DNA of 64,000 bases, taken from NCBI GenBank assembly GCA_900299145.1, contig OMIN01000060.1, forward strand, positions 20,902 to 84,901. Direction: 5' to 3'. Of the stretch, positions 58,824 through 64,000 are shown in pieces; position 1 is the first letter of the stretch; the number at the start of each line of letters is the position of its first letter. Both the position numbers and the translations under genes were made by a program. The DNA is from Betaproteobacteria bacterium. GTDB taxonomy: Bacteria; Pseudomonadota; Gammaproteobacteria; Burkholderiales; SG8-41. The notes beneath the pieces are model-generated. The model did not search any database, was not told the DNA's origin, and was given only the letters and a program-made list of their open reading frames with translations.

Positions 58824-60368
58824 TCACGATGCCTCCCTTTGTCCGGTGCCAAAGGCCGGGATGACCGCCTCGATCCGGGTCCCCTCGGCCGCGGAGCTGC
58901 TGACCACCAGATCACCGCCCAGCACATGGGCGCGCTCAAGCATACCAAGCAGGCCAAACGCGCGCGCCTTGCGCGTGTCTGCTTCGCTAAAACCGCCGCC
59001 GTTATCGACGATACGCGCCACCACGTTGCCACCGCGGCGCAGCACTTCAACCCCCACGTGATCCGCACCCGAATGCCGCGACACATTGGTCAATGCTTCC
59101 TGCACGATGCGAAAGATGGCAGTAGCGGCATCGCCGCCCACACCAAGATTTTCGTCGGGAATATCCAGATCGACGGGGATGCCGCTGCGTTCCGTAAAAG
59201 TCTGGATCAGCCATTCGAGCGTGGGCACCAATCCCAGATTATCGAGCATCACCGGCCGCAGATCGGCGGCAATTCGCCGCACGGACGCCACGGTAGTATC
59301 GATGAGTTGCTTCATGCCGTCGATACGTTTTACCAGTGATTCCCGCGCCGAACCAGGATTCAGATTCAGCTCGGCCTCGATCGCGGCGACATCCATCTTG
59401 AGCGCGGTCAGCACCTGCCCCAGTTCATCATGCAACTCACGCGCGATGCGGGCTTTTTCTTCTTCGCGTATGGTTTGCAGTGCGAAAGACAATTCCCGTA
59501 GCCTGTCCTGCGATTCGCGCGCCTGCGCTTCAGCCCGCCGATGCACTCGCAACAGATGGTGCAATTCTGCTTCCATGCGCAGGCGCTCGGTGATATCACG
59601 ATAGATGGCAGAAACACCTGCCACCGAACCGTCGCTGCGCTTGACCGGCGAGATTGTAACTTCGACGTCGACTTCGCTGCCGTCCTTGCGTTGGCGCCTG
59701 GTTTGACGCTTGATGATGGCCTCGCCGCGCATCGCGCGATCGCCCAGGCCAATCTGATCCGAAGGGACAGTGGCCGAATACAGCAGGCTGACGTCGCGGC
59801 CCAATACTGCTTCCGGCTCGTAGCCAAACATCCGTGCCGCCGCCCGATTCCAGGACAATATGGCGCCGTCAGCACGCCGGCTTACTATCGCGTCGGAAGA
59901 CGAGTCTATTATGTCAGACTGAAAGCGCATTTTTTCCTGAATGCGTGTGCGCTGAGTGACATCACGCAAAATTGCGGTATAAAACACGCGGCCTGAGCAT
60001 TCTGTGCACGAAATCACGGCATCAACCGGGAATTCTTCACCGTCGGCACGCAAACCCGTCACTATCCGATCGCCATCCATGGCGCGGACCGAATTGGCTG
60101 ACGCTTGGGCGAAATCCACCATGTGCCGCCAGTGCGCCGCGCGAGCGCGCGTGGGAATGAACCTCTCCAGCGGCCCGCCGATGGCCTGTGCCGCATGGCA
60201 GCGAAACATCGCTTCCGCCTCGCGGTTAAACGACACTATGGTTTGCGTTTCATCGACGGTAATTATCGCCAACTTCACCGATTGAACGATCGCCGCCAGC
60301 TGTGCTTCCTGCAACGCCGTCACGCGTACGCTGTTGGCCACTGGCGGCTCCGGCACACCTGCAGTCAT
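58824..60368 (-). CDS. Cytoplasmic PAS-PAS sensor histidine kinase (HisKA_3/NarX-type dimerisation domain)
   Basis: 514 aa with two PAS modules, the H-box ARELHDELGQVLTALK and an HATPase_c domain (DNGGGF, GLLGMLERA). No TM segments. No response regulator gene in the window. Confidence 0.9.
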   Translation of the reverse strand: MTAGVPEPPVANSVRVTALQEAQLAAIVQSVKLAIITVDETQTIVSFNREAEAMFRCHAAQAIGGPLERFIPTRARAAHWRHMVDFAQASANSVRAMDGDRIVTGLRADGEEFPVDAVISCTECSGRVFYTAILRDVTQRTRIQEKMRFQSDIIDSSSDAIVSRRADGAILSWNRAAARMFGYEPEAVLGRDVSLLYSATVPSDQIGLGDRAMRGEAIIKRQTRRQRKDGSEVDVEVTISPVKRSDGSVAGVSAIYRDITERLRMEAELHHLLRVHRRAEAQARESQDRLRELSFALQTIREEEKARIARELHDELGQVLTALKMDVAAIEAELNLNPGSARESLVKRIDGMKQLIDTTVASVRRIAADLRPVMLDNLGLVPTLEWLIQTFTERSGIPVDLDIPDENLGVGGDAATAIFRIVQEALTNVSRHSGADHVGVEVLRRGGNVVARIVDNGGGFSEADTRKARAFGLLGMLERAHVLGGDLVVSSSAAEGTRIEAVIPAFGTGQREAS

Positions 60369-60370
60369 GG

Positions 60371-60404
60371 CATAAAAAATATCAATTAAAACAGATAGTT
60401 AGAC
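60371..60404 (-). repeat. AT-rich intergenic repeat
   Basis: The reverse complement reads GTCTAACTATCTGTTTTAATTGATATTTTTTATG, ending 2 nt before the histidine kinase ATG. Confidence 0.8.
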
Positions 60405-60562
60405 TATTAACCCTATTACACCCAGCGCCACAAAATCCCTATCAGTAAATCTTGGGTTCACTATCCATGGCAACACTGGCATACAGACAAATGCGTTGCC
60501 ACGGCCAGAAATTTGAGAGTTCACCATGAACAACTCATTGCTACATCACACAAGCAACGCCG

Positions 60563-61090
60563 CTATTTGGGTGCGCCGTCACTGGCCATGATCTGCTGCC
60601 TCAACGTCAACTGGTTCAGCATGGATGCCGTGAATGCCGCATAAAGAAAATATTTCATCACTTTACCCAGCAGTACTGAAATGAACACATGGGATAGCGG
60701 CATGCCCAACAAGGCGCATACGATCAGCACCGGGGTCTGGCTCACGGGAAGGCTCGCGAAGGCTATCAGCACCACAAATCCGAAGTGTTCCACCCAGCGC
60801 AAACCGGCCGCCCACTCGCCCGAGCGGACCATGCCGGGCATCAGTCCGGCGATGGCTTGCGTGCCATATTCCGCGACCAGCCATGCTAAGAGAGTTGCGC
60901 CAAGCGCACTGCCGATGGCACAACTGAATGCCACGCGCACCCATTGTCGCCGTTGCAGCGCAACCAGCGCGCACAGGGCTGGCACAAAGGCCACCACCAG
61001 CAAAGTCGCGGCAAACGCCAACGCGGCAGAGGCCAGCGGAAACAAAGGCCGATTGGCCAACTGCGAAACCCTTGTGACCACGCCAGCCAT
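60563..61090 (-). CDS. Integral membrane protein (YqaA/DedA-VTT-like, tentative)
   Basis: Start at the ATG at 61090. About 175 aa with several hydrophobic segments. Family assignment is tentative. Confidence 0.5.
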   Translation of the reverse strand: MAGVVTRVSQLANRPLFPLASAALAFAATLLVVAFVPALCALVALQRRQWVRVAFSCAIGSALGATLLAWLVAEYGTQAIAGLMPGMVRSGEWAAGLRWVEHFGFVVLIAFASLPVSQTPVLIVCALLGMPLSHVFISVLLGKVMKYFLYAAFTASMLNQLTLRQQIMASDGAPK

Positions 61091-61179
61091 GTAATCGGCC
61101 ACGGCACATATCCTCAGTAGGTAGAGCCCTCTTTGAATCCTGCAACTGCCCTTTGAATGGGCCTGATTCCTTGCGCGCC

Positions 61180-61219
61180 AGTGTATGCCCCCGGAGCCAC
61201 GCTCCATTGACACAGATCA
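61180..61219 (-). promoter_or_regulatory. FNR/Anr-type box upstream of the membrane-protein gene
   Basis: TTGACacagATCAA at 61206-61219, identical to the ATPase box. A possible -10 (TACACT, 61185-61180, minus strand) lies 20 bp away. Confidence 0.5.
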
Positions 61220-61361
61220 ACAGGGTACCGCGCGCGGAAAAAACCATTGTGCTTGATGCCGCTACGCGGAAAACAGCACGTCTAAGGCCTGAGTCGAGAG
61301 CCACGTGAAGTCCGCCCGGATTTCACCGGCTGAATCGCTCGACACGCGCGTCCACGCAAAG

Positions 61362-62723
61362 TCATGCTGGGGGCGCCGCGAGACCGCTGCGCCGCAGGAA
61401 ATCTTCTACGATACCGGAGAGACCCGGCGTCTCTAAATCGGCAAACTCATAACGCGCCTGCACAACCGGTTTATTCACATCGATCAGCGCCGCGAGGTCG
61501 ATCGGGGTGGCGCAGACCACCACGTCCGCCGGCGTCGCATTGATCGTGTCTTGAAGATCAGCCAATTGGAGCGCGCTGTAACCCATCGCGGGAAGCACTG
61601 CCGCCAGATGGGGGTATCTCTCGTAGACGGCTGCCATGCGCGGTGCGGCATACGAGCGCGGATCCACGACGACACGGGCTCTTGCCTTAACCGCCGCCAC
61701 GTAGCCCGCACCATGGGGCATGCCGCCATGGGTCATCGTCGGGCCGTCCTCGACCACCAGTACGCGCTTGTCCAACACCGCCGCTTCGTTGTCGAGCCGC
61801 ACCGGAGAACCCGCGCGCAACACGGGTACTCTCGAATTAACCTGCCGTGCGCCGGAGAGCGCGGTTTGCAGGTCCCCGGTAGGGGCGGCATCGCTTTTGG
61901 CGATAATAATCACATCCGCCATGCGCAATACCGCCTCGCCCGGGTGGTGCGTATCATGCTGCCCCGGCCGCAGCGCATCGACCAGCACAATATGCAGGTC
62001 GGGCTTGATGAACGGAAAATCGTTGTTGCCGCCATCCCATAAAATGATATCCGCAGACGACTGTGCCAGCGCCAGCACACTGGCGTAATCCACGCCGGCG
62101 TATACAACATTCCCGGCTGCCAGATGCGGTTCGTATTCCTCGCGCTCCTCCAGAGTGCAGTCTGCGGCCGTGATATCCGCGCGCGAGGCAAAACGCTGCA
62201 CAGCCTGCCGCGCAAGATCGCCGTAGGGCATTGGATGCCGAACCACCGCAGTTCGTAGATCATGCCTGCGCAGCCGCGCCGAAAGCCAGCGCGTGGTTTG
62301 TGATTTGCCGCAGCCGGTTCGTATCGCGGATATTGCGATCACCGGAATCTTTGCTTGGAGCATGGTGCGCGCCGGCCCCAGCAACTCGAAGTCCGCCCCC
62401 AATGCCAGCGCGCGCGAGGCCAGGTGCATCACCTGCGCATGCGTCACATCGCTATAAGCAAATACCACGCGGTCGAATGGATGCCGCATGTGCAGGTCCT
62501 CCAGACAACTCTCCTGGACTATCGGGATACCGTCCGGATATAACGCCCCTGCCAGCTCGCGCGGATAGCGGCGGTCTGCAATGCCCTCGATCTGTGCGCC
62601 GGTAAAAGCCACGACCTCAATGGCGGGATCATCCCGGTACGCCATATTGAAGTTGTGAAAATCACGACCCGCCGCGCCAAGAATGACAACACGAGTGCGC
62701 GGTTGGGCCACGAGCGTGTTCAT
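61362..62723 (-). CDS. COG2403-type P-loop protein (family usually annotated cyclic 2,3-diphosphoglycerate synthetase-like / predicted GTPase)
   Basis: 453 aa with RVVILGAAGRDFHNFN and the P-loop-like AIRTGCGKSQTT. Recognised from memory of the family, not searched. Confidence 0.6.
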   Translation of the reverse strand: MNTLVAQPRTRVVILGAAGRDFHNFNMAYRDDPAIEVVAFTGAQIEGIADRRYPRELAGALYPDGIPIVQESCLEDLHMRHPFDRVVFAYSDVTHAQVMHLASRALALGADFELLGPARTMLQAKIPVIAISAIRTGCGKSQTTRWLSARLRRHDLRTAVVRHPMPYGDLARQAVQRFASRADITAADCTLEEREEYEPHLAAGNVVYAGVDYASVLALAQSSADIILWDGGNNDFPFIKPDLHIVLVDALRPGQHDTHHPGEAVLRMADVIIIAKSDAAPTGDLQTALSGARQVNSRVPVLRAGSPVRLDNEAAVLDKRVLVVEDGPTMTHGGMPHGAGYVAAVKARARVVVDPRSYAAPRMAAVYERYPHLAAVLPAMGYSALQLADLQDTINATPADVVVCATPIDLAALIDVNKPVVQARYEFADLETPGLSGIVEDFLRRSGLAAPPA

Positions 62724-62786
62724 TACACGGCCTCCACCCGTTGTTCTTGAATTCGATTCATTCGAACCCGGCCGTCGCTTGATTTT

Positions 62787-63593
62787 TTACGCCACTAAAA
62801 CTACTGGGCATCGCAGCATATCCACCAGCGCCGTCAGGGCGGCACGATCGGTATCACACGCAATGCCTCCCCATAGCAACAGATGCGGCGCGTAGGTTTC
62901 TGTAACCCGCGCCACCGTGGCGGCGTCCCTATGTTTCAGAGTGACAAACAGGGTTTGGGTATGCACTGTCGCCTGCTCCCGCCTGCTCTCCAGCTGCCGC
63001 CGCGCCCGGGCACGCAACAGTGCCGGATCGCTATCCCCGCTCGTCACGGCAATCACCAGCCGGCTGCGGGTATCGCGCACCAAGTCAAGGGCAGCGTTGA
63101 GGGCGCGATGCGAGGCCGGTGTGCCATCAAACACAACCAGCATCGCCCGCCGCGCTGAATCGATAGTCTGCAGCGGCGCGGATAAACTGGCCGAGTACCT
63201 TCCGGCATGGCCGAACACCACGACATCAAGCGCCTGCATGGCGTCAAGGACGCGGTCCGTCGATGCACCGCGCACCACCTCGAACGACCACCGCAGACGC
63301 CGCGCCGAAGCCGTCTGCACAACGAGAGTCTGCAACGCCTGTGCCTGCCGCTGCAGTGTTCGCTGTACTTCGTTGGATTGCATGCGCCGGGGTGACGCGC
63401 CGGACCAAGTGACTTCGTGTGTAAAAGGCAGGTCCGCCGAGCGGATGAGATTGACGTCTTCGATAAAGACGCCTTTCAGCTCCGCGTCCAGCCGACGGGC
63501 CAGTGCAGCTGCCGTATCCATGGCTTGAGCACCCAACGGTGAATCATCGCAACTGACGATGACCCGTAGAGCGGTGAGATTGCGCTCAATCAT
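62787..63593 (-). CDS. Tandem USP-like (adenine-nucleotide alpha-hydrolase fold) protein, tentative
   Basis: The ATG at 63593 overlaps the upstream stop (ATGATTGA). Two USP-like halves, each starting with a beta-strand (LRVIVSCDDS, MLVVFDGT) and ending in a CPVVLV-type C-terminus. No canonical ATP-binding G-x2-G-x9-G(S/T). Confidence 0.5.
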   Translation of the reverse strand: MIERNLTALRVIVSCDDSPLGAQAMDTAAALARRLDAELKGVFIEDVNLIRSADLPFTHEVTWSGASPRRMQSNEVQRTLQRQAQALQTLVVQTASARRLRWSFEVVRGASTDRVLDAMQALDVVVFGHAGRYSASLSAPLQTIDSARRAMLVVFDGTPASHRALNAALDLVRDTRSRLVIAVTSGDSDPALLRARARRQLESRREQATVHTQTLFVTLKHRDAATVARVTETYAPHLLLWGGIACDTDRAALTALVDMLRCPVVLVA

Positions 63594-64000
63594 CTTTTTT
63601 TCTGTCACCACGATGTCGGCGCGAGCGGCCGCCACCGGCGAAACTCTGGTGTAGCGCGGTCAGTTCTCTCAATCGCTTCGCTACGCGGCCGTTGATGGTG
63701 GACCCCACTCCACCGGTGACGTACGGCTCGCCCGCCGGTATACCCGTCAGCACCTCAATGGCCTGATCAACAGTACCCACCGGAATGACGTGGAATCGGC
63801 CCGCGGCGGCGGCATCGACCACGTCCTGCCGCAGCATCAAATCCTCGGCATTGGCGCCGGGAATCAGCACACCCTGGCTGCCCGTTAATCCGCGCCGCTG
63901 GCAGATGTCGAAAAACCCTTCGATCTTGTCGTTCACCGCGCCGATCGCCTGCACTTGCCCCAACTGGTTGACGGACCCGGTCACGGCGAAAGACTGCGAA
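63586..64000 (-). CDS. Lon-like protease, C-terminal S16 proteolytic domain (5' part lies outside the window)
   Basis: VTGSVNQLGQVQAIGAVNDKIEGFFDIC, GLTGSQGVLIP and IPVGTVDQAIEVLTG are typical of the Lon-related (LonB/'Lon-insertion') family. The ORF runs off the window edge. Confidence 0.8.
   Translation of the reverse strand, partial: SQSFAVTGSVNQLGQVQAIGAVNDKIEGFFDICQRRGLTGSQGVLIPGANAEDLMLRQDVVDAAAAGRFHVIPVGTVDQAIEVLTGIPAGEPYVTGGVGSTINGRVAKRLRELTALHQSFAGGGRSRRHRGDRKKDD

Overview
High-GC betaproteobacterial-type chromosome segment, probably Burkholderiales judging by gene order and six Bug/TctC-family solute receptors. I found no rRNA, tRNA, CRISPR array, IS element or transposase. Three parts. 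(1) 0.1-14.7 kb and 29.6-47.7 kb hold accessory catabolic and transport modules: a fused double CoA-transferase, two SMP-30 lactonases, a TRAP transporter, Bug receptors, FAD, LLM, Gfo and QOR oxidoreductases, RraA-like and CapA-like proteins, and a dual-specificity phosphatase overlapping a CoxE-type vWA gene. An MCP and a Ser/Thr kinase-cNMP gene are each split by a frameshift. (2) 14.8-29.4 kb is a conserved minus-strand housekeeping block: rpoE-rseA-rseB-degP-grx-lepA-lepB-DUF4845-rnc-era-recO-pdxJ-acpS-nagZ-udg-uvrC. (3) 48-64 kb is a stress island: DksA-like, HPF, USP, CBS, kinase-like/P-loop protein, alanine dehydrogenase, cytochrome c, rhodanese, P-type ATPase, PAS histidine kinase, COG2403 protein, USP-like protein and Lon-like protease. 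Two signals stand out. First, the island carries nine FNR/Anr-type boxes (TTGAT-N4-ATCAA); five have an identical 21-bp spacer to a TAGCAT -10 hexamer, which suggests a low-oxygen, dormancy-like regulon. Second, a roughly 30-bp AT-rich repeat (about TAAsTATYTGTTTTTATTGATATTTTT) occurs at least 14 times at module boundaries, with look-alikes at the nagZ start and inside era. Its function is unknown. All homology calls rest on recognised motifs in the translations; no database search was run.
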